Assembly: GCF_004353825.1 (NCBI RefSeq)
Contig: NZ_SMNA01000004.1
Location: 496,001 to 519,769 of the forward strand
DNA length: 23,769 nucleotides
Direction: 5' to 3'
DNA from: Occultella glacieicola
Lineage (GTDB): Bacteria > Actinomycetota > Actinomycetes > Actinomycetales > Beutenbergiaceae
Below are positions 1-7,926 of this stretch, piece after piece. The stretch's first letter is position 1. Every line of letters begins with the position of its first letter. Made by a program: the position numbers and the translations under genes. The notes beneath the pieces were generated by a model. It worked only from the letters and a program-made list of their open reading frames with translations. It ran no database searches and was not told the origin of the DNA.

Positions 1-406
1 CGAGCGGGACGCCGGCCTCCTCGAGGAGCCCGATGCTTCGGCGTTGCTCGGCGCCGAGGATCCAGTCCGGGTCCGGCCGGTCGTGGCTGAGGTTGCGGAC
101 CCCGACGAATCCGGCGGTCGCCGCCAGGCGCGGCAGTTCCCGCGCCACGGTGTCCGGATCCTCCAGCGGCAGGTAGCACACGGCTCCGGCCAGGCGGGGC
201 TCGGCCGCGACCAGCTCAAGCAGGTAGGTGGTCTCGTCGAGGGTCTCGTCCGCCTGCACCAGGATGGCACGCTCCACGCCGTAGGGCGCCAGCGCCGCGA
301 GGCCCTGCTCGAGGGGGTGGTCCGACCGCAGCGGCTCGGGGGCGCCGTCGAGCCATCGATACCGGGACCGGGACCGGTCCCAGACGTGCAGATGGGTATC
401 GATCAC
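1..406 (-). CDS. Amidohydrolase_2-family protein, L-fucono-/L-galactono-lactonase-like (3' end runs off the window)
   Basis: Not in the ORF track; translated by hand from GTG at 406, which overlaps the MaoC stop (GTGA). Reads MIDTHLHVWDRSRSRYRWLDGAPEPLRSDH...GVERAILVQADETLDETTYLL...FVGVRNLSHDRPDPDWI. The IDxHxHxW, LVQA and GVR motifs are typical of sugar lactonases in the amidohydrolase superfamily. Confidence 0.85.
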   Translation of the reverse strand, partial: MIDTHLHVWDRSRSRYRWLDGAPEPLRSDHPLEQGLAALAPYGVERAILVQADETLDETTYLLELVAAEPRLAGAVCYLPLEDPDTVARELPRLAATAGFVGVRNLSHDRPDPDWILGAEQRRSIGLLEEAGVPL

Positions 407-873
407 ACGTGTTCACCTCGCTTGTTGACGAGCTTGTTGACGACGTACAGGTGCACCAGGGACAGCACGGTATCGCCGTGCTGGTTGGTGACCGTGACCC
501 GCTCGTCGACGCGGCCGAGCTCGGACCGGCGCGGGTGGTCGGTCACCTCCACGATCTCGGCCTCGACCGTGATCGTGTCGCCCAGGAACACCGGCTTGAC
601 GAACCGGATCCGGTCGTACCCGTAACTCATCGCCTGCGGGTTCACGTCGCCCGCGGTCATGCCGACGGCGACCGAGACGATCAGGGTGCCGTGCGCGATC
701 CGGCCGGCCAGCCCGGCCTCCTCCACGCACCAGCGCTCGTCCATGTGGTGCGGGAAGAAGTCGCCGGTCTGCCCGGCGTGCAGCACCACGTCCGCCTCGG
801 TGATCGTGCGCCCCAGGGTGCGCCGCACCTCCCCGACCTCGTACTGCTCGAGGTACCGGTCAACCACCTGCAT
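403..873 (-). CDS. MaoC-family (hot-dog fold) dehydratase / R-specific enoyl-CoA hydratase-like
   Basis: 156 aa with GRTITEADV, hydratase motif TGDFFPHH (D-x4-H), IAHG and RFVKPVFLGDTI. GGGAG RBS upstream; 14-nt overlap with the upstream gene. Confidence 0.9.
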   Translation of the reverse strand: MQVVDRYLEQYEVGEVRRTLGRTITEADVVLHAGQTGDFFPHHMDERWCVEEAGLAGRIAHGTLIVSVAVGMTAGDVNPQAMSYGYDRIRFVKPVFLGDTITVEAEIVEVTDHPRRSELGRVDERVTVTNQHGDTVLSLVHLYVVNKLVNKRGEHV

Positions 874-1978
874 GTGCCACTCCCAACGCTGTGAACATCC
901 GGTCCAGGTCCTCCAGCACCGGGGCGGCCGGCTCGCGGCCGGTCAGACCGCGGTGCACGCGCTCGCAGGCCGCGTCCTGCACGGCCATGTAGCCGGGGTG
1001 CTGTGGCCGCAGACTCGCCAGCTCCAGGGTGCGGCGGGTGTCGGCGAAGAATCCGCCGGTCAGCTCGTGGAGGCCCGCATCGGACCAGGCGGCCACGTGC
1101 CCGGGCTGCCCGCCGCCGAGGGCGTACACGCCCCGTTGGGCCTCACCGGAGGCGACCCAGGTCGCGAACGCGATCGCCTCCGCGGGGTGCTGGGTGCGAG
1201 CGGACACGGCCAGCCCGGCGCCGCCGAGCATCGAGCCACGGGGCTCCCCGTCGATCTCGGGGATGTCCCTCCAGTGCACGGGGTGGTCGCGGAAGCCCGG
1301 CCGTGCGTAGTTGCTGTACCCGTAGAGCAGGGGGGCGTAGGCCCACCGGTCGGAGGTGGCCAGCCGGTCGGCGGTCTGGATCGGGTTCTCACCCAGGCAG
1401 GCCTCGGGCACGAGGTCGCGCAGCCGCCCGAGCAGGTCCCACGCCCGCGCGAAGGCGTCCGGGTCCGCGAAACCGGACCGTCCGGCGTCGGCGCCCTGCA
1501 GCCCGGAGGTGAGGGTGAACGTCGAGGCGAAGGCGTCGATCGGCTTCGCAGGCCAGAGCACCGCTCCGGCGCGGGCGAGGTCGAGGACCTCCGGCCACGT
1601 CCGCGGCGGCGCCGGCAACAGGTCGGGCCGGTACGCCGCGACCTGCGCGGCGGCGTCGATCGCCAGGCCGTACTGTGCGCCGTCCCACCGGTAGCTGGAG
1701 AAACTGCGACCGACGAACGCGGCCGGCCCCTCGCCGTCGGGCAGCGCCGCCAGCAGCCCGGCCCGGGCCGCCTGCGGGATGTGCGGGTGATCGATCACGA
1801 GCAGGTCGTAGGACTCGGCCAGCGACTCCAGGCCCTGGTCGGCGAACGCCTGCAGGGAGCGGACCTCCCAGGTGACCTCGACGTCGTGGCCGGCGGCGGT
1901 GTGGGCGGCGGCGGCCGCCACGACGCTGTCCCGGCCACGCTCGTGGTCCCACGTCATGCCGCGCAGCCGGACGGTCAC
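860..1978 (-). CDS. Sugar-ABC solute-binding-protein-fold protein lacking signal peptide and lipobox (372 aa)
   Basis: Coding part of track ORF 860..2704. Likely start is GTG at 1978, overlapping the CoA-transferase stop (GTGA). Sequence [15 protein letters not shown]...RSLQAFADQ...YDLLVIDHPH...QYGLAIDAAAQVAAYRPDLL...PRTWPEV...LGGAGLAVS resembles family 1 SBPs. The in-frame stretch upstream of 1978 is low-complexity shadow of the CoA-transferase. Confidence 0.8.
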   Translation of the reverse strand: MTVRLRGMTWDHERGRDSVVAAAAAHTAAGHDVEVTWEVRSLQAFADQGLESLAESYDLLVIDHPHIPQAARAGLLAALPDGEGPAAFVGRSFSSYRWDGAQYGLAIDAAAQVAAYRPDLLPAPPRTWPEVLDLARAGAVLWPAKPIDAFASTFTLTSGLQGADAGRSGFADPDAFARAWDLLGRLRDLVPEACLGENPIQTADRLATSDRWAYAPLLYGYSNYARPGFRDHPVHWRDIPEIDGEPRGSMLGGAGLAVSARTQHPAEAIAFATWVASGEAQRGVYALGGGQPGHVAAWSDAGLHELTGGFFADTRRTLELASLRPQHPGYMAVQDAACERVHRGLTGREPAAPVLEDLDRMFTALGVAHAGG

Positions 1979-3180
1979 GGCACGCTCCCGGCCACCGGCT
2001 CCCGGTTCGGCGCCAGCTCCTCGCGGACCCGGTCGGTGTCCGCGCCGAGCAGTGGTGCGGCGTCGCCGCCCCAGAGCCGCTCGCCGTCGAGGCGGATCGG
2101 CAGCCGGGTGGTGGTGACCTCGGTGCGCGTACCGTCCGCCTCGTCGCGCCGCAGCGTCTGCACCATGTCGATCGCCCGGAACCCCTCGTGCGCGACGAGT
2201 TCGTCGACGGTGTGCAGCGGCGCGCACCACACGTCGGCGGCATCCAGGACCTCGAGCCAGGCCGCGGTGCTGCCGGTCCGCAGCCGGGCGGCGAGCAGCT
2301 CCTCGATCCGGCCGCGCTGCTCCCACCAGGTCTCCGGGTCGGTCAGCTCGACCAGCTCGGGGATCTCCAGCAGGGCGCCGAGCTGGGGCACCGGGTTCAT
2401 CGCGATCGACAGGTACCCGTCGGCGGTCGGGTAGACGCCGTAGGGGGCGGGCAGGTAGGTGTGCGCGCTGTGCGGGCCGCGGGGCCGCGGGGTGACCGCC
2501 TCCGGCTGCGTCATCCGCACCGAGAGCATCTCGAACTGCAGGTCGAGCATCGCCTCCAGCAGGGACGTCTGCACCTGACCGCCGACTCCGGTGCGCAGCC
2601 GCCGCAGCAGCAGAGCCGTGATCCCGTGCGCCAGGTGGCAGGAGGCCAGGTGGTCCGCGATCGAGATCCCGAACGGGCTGGGGTCCGGGTCCGCCTGCAG
2701 CCACGGCAGGCCGGAGATCGACTGGGCGAGCAGGTCCTGGCCGGGGCGGTCACGCCAGGGCCCGTCGTCGCCGTACCCCGTTATCGAGCCGTAGACCACG
2801 CCGGGGTTGACCTCCCGGACCGTCTCGTAGTCCAGGCCGAGCCGGGTCATCACCCCGGGACGGAAGTTCTCCACGACCACGTCGGCCTGCTCCACCAGTT
2901 CCCGCACGAACGCGAGCTGCTCGGGGTCCTTGAGGTCCGCGGCCACGCTCTGCTTGCCGCGGTTCATCGCGTGGAAGGACACGGTGTCCTCGCCCGCCCG
3001 GGCCCCGGCGAAGGCCAGGCCACGGCCGATGTCCCCGATGCCCGGGCGTTCGATCTTGATGACCCGCGCGCCGAGGTCGGCGAGCCGCAGCGCGGCCACC
3101 GGCCCGGCGAGGAACTGGCTGAAGTCGAGGACCAGGAATCCGTCCAACGGGCGGGGCAGGCCCGGCTGGGAGGCTGTCAT
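1975..3180 (-). CDS. Family III CoA-transferase (CaiB/BaiF)
   Basis: Motifs [53 protein letters not shown], the catalytic Asp region SIADHLAS, and C-terminal [20 protein letters not shown] overlap with the GH95 stop. Confidence 0.95.
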   Translation of the reverse strand: MTASQPGLPRPLDGFLVLDFSQFLAGPVAALRLADLGARVIKIERPGIGDIGRGLAFAGARAGEDTVSFHAMNRGKQSVAADLKDPEQLAFVRELVEQADVVVENFRPGVMTRLGLDYETVREVNPGVVYGSITGYGDDGPWRDRPGQDLLAQSISGLPWLQADPDPSPFGISIADHLASCHLAHGITALLLRRLRTGVGGQVQTSLLEAMLDLQFEMLSVRMTQPEAVTPRPRGPHSAHTYLPAPYGVYPTADGYLSIAMNPVPQLGALLEIPELVELTDPETWWEQRGRIEELLAARLRTGSTAAWLEVLDAADVWCAPLHTVDELVAHEGFRAIDMVQTLRRDEADGTRTEVTTTRLPIRLDGERLWGGDAAPLLGADTDRVREELAPNREPVAGSVP

Positions 3181-5687
3181 GAGGGTCGCTCCTGGGAGAG
3201 GTCTGAGGCGGTCAGGCGCACGGTCGCACCGGGGGGTAGCTCGAGCAGACGTTCATGCGCCCCGTCCACCACCCGGAGCCGGCGGGTGGCGGGGGCATCG
3301 GAGGTGATCCGGACCTCGGTGAGCCGGCCACCGCGCCAGCTCAGGTCGACCTCCAGGTCGCCGCGGGCGCGCAGGCCGCGGACGTCGCCGTCGGGCAGGT
3401 CCGGCGGGAGCGCGGGCAGCAGGTCGAGGTACCCGGCGTGCGACTGGAGCAGGCACTCGGTGAGTGCGGCGACCACGCCGAGGTTGCCGTCGATCTGGAA
3501 CGGTGGGTGCGCCGAGAAGAGGTTGCGGTAGAGGCCGCCCCGCCACCGACCACCGGTGGGGCCGGGCTCGATCTCCACGTTCCGGCGCACGAACAGGTCG
3601 AGGAGCCTGCCCACGGCCTCCGGTTCGCGCAGCCGGGCGCGCATCGCGAGCTTCCAGGCGAGCGACCAGCCGGTGCCCTCGTCGCCACGGGCGTCCAGGC
3701 TGCGACTCGCCGCCGCGGCGTGGAGGTCCGACGGCGGCACGTCGGTCGGGTGGATGCCGACCAGATGGGCGATGTGTCGGTGGTGCGGGTCCGCCATCTC
3801 CTCGACGTCGCCCCACTCGCGCAGCAGGCCGTCGGGGTCGACGCCGACCGACGCGATCCGGGGCAGCGCCGCCTCGGCCTCGGCGCACAGCGCCTCGCTC
3901 CCGGCGCGCAGCCCGTACGTGTCCCCCAGTCGCAGCAGCGAGCGGAGCAGGTGCCGGGACAGCTCGAGGTCCATCGTGGCGTCGGCGGCCACCGAGCTGG
4001 TGCGGTCGGTGCCGGGGGCCACGAACCGGTTCTCCGGTGACGTGGACGGGGACGTGCCGAGGGTGCCGTCCGGCCGTGGCTCCAGCCAGTCGAGGACGAA
4101 CCTGGCCGCGCCGCACAGGGTCGGCCAGAACCGCCGGGCCGCCTCGGGGTCGTGGCTGAAGGTGACCCGGTCGACGAGGTGGGAGGTCAGCCAGACCCCG
4201 GCGAACGGCCAGAATGCCCAGGCCGGGTCGTGGGTGCCGTCGCCCATCGGGTCGGCGAACGCCCAGATGTCGCTCGCGTGGTGCGCGACCCAGCCCGAGG
4301 AGCCATAGATCCGCGTGGCGGGTTCCCGGCCCCGCTCGGCGAACGCCTCGACCAGGTCGAACAGCGGCTCGGCGCACTCGGGCAGGCTGGTGGTCTCGGC
4401 GAGCCAGTAGTTCATCTCGAGGTTGATGTTCATCGTGAAGTCCGAGCTCCACGGTGGTTGTCGCTGCTGGTTCCAGATCCCCTGCAGGTTCGCCGGTGTC
4501 CCACCCGGGCGCGAGCTCGAGATCAGCAGGTAGCGCCCGTACTGGAACAGCAGCGCGACCAGCTCGGGCGCGGCGCCGGCGTGGGCGCCGGCACCGTCGG
4601 CGGCCGCGTCGAGCAGGGCGTCGGTATCGGCCGCGGCACCCGGGGCCGGTTCGGGGGCGACGCCGAGCCGCAGCTCGGCGCGGTCGTAGAGCGCCCGATG
4701 GGCCGCGACGTGGTCGGCGTGGATCCGTTCGGTCCCGGCCGCGGCGGCGGTCCGGGCGAGCTCCCGGGCGCGGGCAAGCGCCGGCGCGACGTCGGCTCCC
4801 GGATCGTGCCCGAGCCGCGTGAAGGTCGTCCGCACGGCCAGGACCAGGGTGGCATCGCCGTCGACCTCCACGACCACGCCCGCGGGCGTGGCGCGGGTGC
4901 GCACGCCGTCACCGACGCCGCGGAGCACGACGGCGGCCTGCACGCCGCGCGGGTCGCTCGCCCACCGCACGGGGTCGGCTTCGCGCTGGTAGGCGGGCAC
5001 GACGTCGTCCGGCGCCCGCACGACGGCCCAGGCCTCGGCCCCGTCGGCCCCGGCCTGTTCCAGGCGCAGTGGGGAGTCGAGCACGAACGAGACCGGTCGC
5101 CCCGAGGCGGAGACCTCGAGCACCAGGACCTGGTGGGGGGCGCTCACGTACGCGCGTTGGGACACGGCGGCGGCCCGGGTCCAGGCCGTCGCGGAGCGCA
5201 GGTCGAGGCCGCGGGCATACCCGGAGGCCGATCCGGGCGTGTCGACGTGGTCGCGTTCCGGGATCACCTCGGCCTGCGGCGCCGGCTCGGGGGTGGGAGC
5301 GCCCACCGTGCGGCGCAGCCTCGCCAGCGGCTGGAAGGACTGCGGGTAGGAGTGCTGCAGCGCCTGCAGCGCCTCCTCGGCGCCGACGTGGTCACCGGCC
5401 GCGATCGCCGCCCGCGAGGCCGCGATGGCGGCCCGGGCTGCCTCGGCGGTCACCGGGTGCTCCGCCGGTCGGCGCGGTGGTCCGGACCAGACCGAACCCT
5501 CGCTGAGCCAGACCAGCTCCTCCTGCTCGCCTCCATATACCATCGCGCCGAGCCGGCCGTCGCCGAGTGGCAACGCCTCGACCCACTCGGACGCGGGGCT
5601 GGCGAACTCGAGCCGGTGGACCGGATGGGCCGACGGCGTCGCCCGGCTCGGCGAGACCTCGGACGAGAACACTGACGACACCGTCAC
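3177..5687 (-). CDS. Glycoside hydrolase family 95 (alpha-L-fucosidase / alpha-L-galactosidase), no signal peptide; exact start uncertain
   Basis: Motifs [72 protein letters not shown] and [16 protein letters not shown]. Confidence 0.93.
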   Translation of the reverse strand: MTVSSVFSSEVSPSRATPSAHPVHRLEFASPASEWVEALPLGDGRLGAMVYGGEQEELVWLSEGSVWSGPPRRPAEHPVTAEAARAAIAASRAAIAAGDHVGAEEALQALQHSYPQSFQPLARLRRTVGAPTPEPAPQAEVIPERDHVDTPGSASGYARGLDLRSATAWTRAAAVSQRAYVSAPHQVLVLEVSASGRPVSFVLDSPLRLEQAGADGAEAWAVVRAPDDVVPAYQREADPVRWASDPRGVQAAVVLRGVGDGVRTRATPAGVVVEVDGDATLVLAVRTTFTRLGHDPGADVAPALARARELARTAAAAGTERIHADHVAAHRALYDRAELRLGVAPEPAPGAAADTDALLDAAADGAGAHAGAAPELVALLFQYGRYLLISSSRPGGTPANLQGIWNQQRQPPWSSDFTMNINLEMNYWLAETTSLPECAEPLFDLVEAFAERGREPATRIYGSSGWVAHHASDIWAFADPMGDGTHDPAWAFWPFAGVWLTSHLVDRVTFSHDPEAARRFWPTLCGAARFVLDWLEPRPDGTLGTSPSTSPENRFVAPGTDRTSSVAADATMDLELSRHLLRSLLRLGDTYGLRAGSEALCAEAEAALPRIASVGVDPDGLLREWGDVEEMADPHHRHIAHLVGIHPTDVPPSDLHAAAASRSLDARGDEGTGWSLAWKLAMRARLREPEAVGRLLDLFVRRNVEIEPGPTGGRWRGGLYRNLFSAHPPFQIDGNLGVVAALTECLLQSHAGYLDLLPALPPDLPDGDVRGLRARGDLEVDLSWRGGRLTEVRITSDAPATRRLRVVDGAHERLLELPPGATVRLTASDLSQERPS

Positions 5688-5690
5688 CTC

Positions 5691-5706
5691 GGAGAATCGA
5701 TTTTAC
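5691..5706. promoter_or_regulatory. LacI-family operator-like palindrome at the start of the leftward operon
   Basis: GGAGAATCGATTTTAC, centred on CG with AAT-CG-ATT arms; lies between the predicted leftward promoter and the GH95 start. Confidence 0.55.
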
Positions 5707-5718
5707 TGAGTGAGAGAC

Positions 5719-5749
5719 ACCATAGACGGTCCGAGGGCATGGCTGGCAA
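5719..5749 (-). promoter_or_regulatory. Putative housekeeping-sigma promoter for the GH95 operon
   Basis: Minus strand reads TTGCCA-N19-TATGGT; the spacer is slightly long. Confidence 0.4.
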
Positions 5750-5791
5750 CCCCTGTTCCGATTGGTATTGCAACTCAACGAGATTGCGGGG

Positions 5792-5821
5792 TTGCGCTCT
5801 CGTCGATCGACTGGCTAGCAT
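5792..5821 (+). promoter_or_regulatory. Putative housekeeping-sigma promoter for ABC importer 1
   Basis: TTGCGC (5792-5797)-N18-TAGCAT (5816-5821), immediately followed by an operator-like site. Confidence 0.5.
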
Positions 5822-5824
5822 CCA

Positions 5825-5838
5825 GACAAACGATTCAC
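5825..5838. promoter_or_regulatory. LacI-family operator-like site over the predicted transcription start of ABC importer 1
   Basis: GACAAACGATTCAC (reverse complement GTGAATCGTTTGTC); shares the TGAATCG half-site with the site at 9795. Confidence 0.55.
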
Positions 5839-5948
5839 CTGACGACGAGGTCACAGGTGCGCGAGACCAGCCCCCCGGGAGCACGCGCCACGGCCAGCGC
5901 TCATCGAGAGGAGCCTTCAGCGGTGCACACACGGGCGTGGGAACAGCG

Positions 5949-6923
5949 ATGACGCAGGCGCCACCCCTGCCGGCCCTGGCGGCGACCACCAAGCCGCCGG
6001 TCAGGCAGAAGCCGCGCCCCGGGCGTCTGCGCAGATCGGTCCGACGGCACTGGCAGCTCTACGTGCTGGTGCTGCCGCCGCTGGTCTACTTCGCACTGTT
6101 CAAGTACGTGCCGATGGCGAATGCGGTCATCGCGTTCAAGGACTACAACGTGATCGCCGGCATCTGGGCGAGCCCGTGGGTGGGCCTGGAGCACTTCGAG
6201 CGGTTCTTCTCGAACCCGATGTTCACCACGGTGGTCAGCAACACGTTCCTGCTGAGCCTGTACGCGCTGATCGCGAGCTTCCCGATCCCGATCATCCTCG
6301 CGCTCGCCCTCAACGAGGTCCGGTCGCGGTTCTTCAAGCGCACCGTCCAGATGGTCACGTACGCGCCGTACTTCATCTCCACCGTCATCGTCGTCTCGAT
6401 GGCGATCCTGATCCTCTCGCCCCGCATCGGTCTGATCAGCGAGTTCACCGGGTTCTTCGGGCTGCCGACCACCGACTATCTGGCCCAGCCGGACTTCTTC
6501 CGCCATGTGTACGTCTGGACCGAGGTGTGGCAGACGGCCGGCTACTCGGCGGTCATCTACCTCGCCGCGCTGGCCGGGGTCGACCCGGGCCTCTACGAGG
6601 CGGCCAAGGTCGACGGCGCGAACCGGCTGCAGAAGATCTGGCACGTGGACCTGCCGAGCATCATGCCGACGGTGGTCGTGGTCCTGATCCTCTCCGTCGG
6701 CAGCATCATGGCCGTCGGCTTCGAGAAGGCGTTCCTGCTGCAGAACCCGCTGAACCTGTCGCAGTCGGAGATCATCGCCACCTACACCTACAAGATCGGC
6801 ATCCAGAACGCCGACTTCAGCCTCGCGACCGCCGTCGGGCTGTTCAACTCGGTCATCAACCTCGTGCTGATGCTCAGCGTGAACGCCGTGTCCAAGCGTG
6901 TGACGGGAAGTGGGCTCTGGTGA
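5949..6923 (+). CDS. Carbohydrate ABC transporter permease 1 (LplB-like)
   Basis: Coding part of track ORF 5739..6923; likely ATG at 5949. Hydrophobic helices, SPWVGLEHF, and EAA loop LYEAAKVDGANRLQKIWHVDLP. Confidence 0.93.
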   Translation: MTQAPPLPALAATTKPPVRQKPRPGRLRRSVRRHWQLYVLVLPPLVYFALFKYVPMANAVIAFKDYNVIAGIWASPWVGLEHFERFFSNPMFTTVVSNTFLLSLYALIASFPIPIILALALNEVRSRFFKRTVQMVTYAPYFISTVIVVSMAILILSPRIGLISEFTGFFGLPTTDYLAQPDFFRHVYVWTEVWQTAGYSAVIYLAALAGVDPGLYEAAKVDGANRLQKIWHVDLPSIMPTVVVVLILSVGSIMAVGFEKAFLLQNPLNLSQSEIIATYTYKIGIQNADFSLATAVGLFNSVINLVLMLSVNAVSKRVTGSGLW

Positions 6924-7837
6924 GCATCGCAACGAGGGTCCGCGGGGCCGGCCGACCGACCCGGGTGCGGGAGTCCCGGGTGGACCGGTTCTTCCTGGTC
7001 GGCGTCTACATCCTGCTCGTCACGTTCCTGCTCGTGGTGCTGCTGCCGCTGTGGTACATCGTGGTCAGTTCCTTCAGCAGCCCCGCGGCGGTGTCCGCGG
7101 GCCGGGTCTTCCTGTGGCCGGTCGACTTCACGCTCCGCGGCTACCAGGTCGCGCTGAGCAGTCCGCAGATCCTCACCGGATTCGCGAACTCGATGATCTA
7201 CACGGTCGTGGGCACGGCCATCAGTGTCACCCTCACCGTGATGCTCGCCTACCCGCTCTCGCGCGCGGACTTCGTGGGACGCAAGGTGCTCACCGGCGCC
7301 GTCGTGTTCACCATGCTGTTCGCGGGCGGGCTGATCCCCACCTACCTCGTGGTCCAGGCGATGGGGATGCTCGACACCCGCTGGGCGCTGCTGATCCCGA
7401 ACGCGGTGGCCGTGTGGCCGGCGATCCTGGCGATCACGTACTTCCGGACCGCGATACCCGACGAGCTGCGCGAGGCGGGTGAGATCGACGGGGCGAGCGA
7501 CCTGCGGATCCTGTGGAAGGTGGTGCTGCCGCTCGCCGGGCCGATGCTCGCCGTGATCGCACTGATGTACGCGATCGTGCAGTGGAACTCCTACTTCGAC
7601 GCGTTGATCTACCTGCGCGACGACAGCCTGTACCCCCTGCAGTTGGTGCTCCGGAACATCCTGATCCTCAACAACGACGCCGGCGGCGATGCGACCTCGG
7701 CGCTGGAGCGGCAACAGCTCGCGAACCTCCTGAAGTATTCGCTCATCGTGGTCTCCACGGTCCCGATGATGCTGATCTACCCGTTCGTGGCCCGTTACTT
7801 CACCAAGGGCCTGCTCCTGGGGGCCGTCAAGGGCTGA
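6920..7837 (+). CDS. Carbohydrate ABC transporter permease 2 (LplC/MalG-like)
   Basis: GTG at 6920 overlaps the upstream stop (GTGA). EAA-like loop IPDELREAGEIDGAS, QWNSYFDALIYL, and C-terminal FTKGLLLGAVKG. Confidence 0.93.
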   Translation: MSIATRVRGAGRPTRVRESRVDRFFLVGVYILLVTFLLVVLLPLWYIVVSSFSSPAAVSAGRVFLWPVDFTLRGYQVALSSPQILTGFANSMIYTVVGTAISVTLTVMLAYPLSRADFVGRKVLTGAVVFTMLFAGGLIPTYLVVQAMGMLDTRWALLIPNAVAVWPAILAITYFRTAIPDELREAGEIDGASDLRILWKVVLPLAGPMLAVIALMYAIVQWNSYFDALIYLRDDSLYPLQLVLRNILILNNDAGGDATSALERQQLANLLKYSLIVVSTVPMMLIYPFVARYFTKGLLLGAVKG

Positions 7838-7926
7838 CCCCGGCCCCTGAGGCGCAGCCGTCCCACCCCACAACCATCGAGCCGTCGAACCCGGCGGCAC
7901 CCCCTCACGACGAAGAGAGGCACCAC

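Noticed and set aside
361..381. Short GGGACC repeats
   Set aside because: They encode DRSRSR in the lactonase and are too short to be meaningful.
659..2434. 591-aa plus-strand ORF and similar ORFs at 2188..3531 and 4152..5675
   Set aside because: Antisense shadows of well-supported minus-strand genes, typical of high-GC DNA; no recognisable motifs.
1979..2704. 242-aa N-terminal extension of the SBP-like ORF
   Set aside because: Overlaps the CoA-transferase in another frame and is Arg/Pro/Ala-rich with no signal-peptide character; the GTGA-coupled start at 1978 fits better.
5739..5948. Upstream extension of permease 1, and likewise 6176..6919, 7513..7926, 16407..17123 and 23171..23341
   Set aside because: These run through promoter DNA or overlap other genes; better starts with an RBS or stop/start coupling lie downstream.
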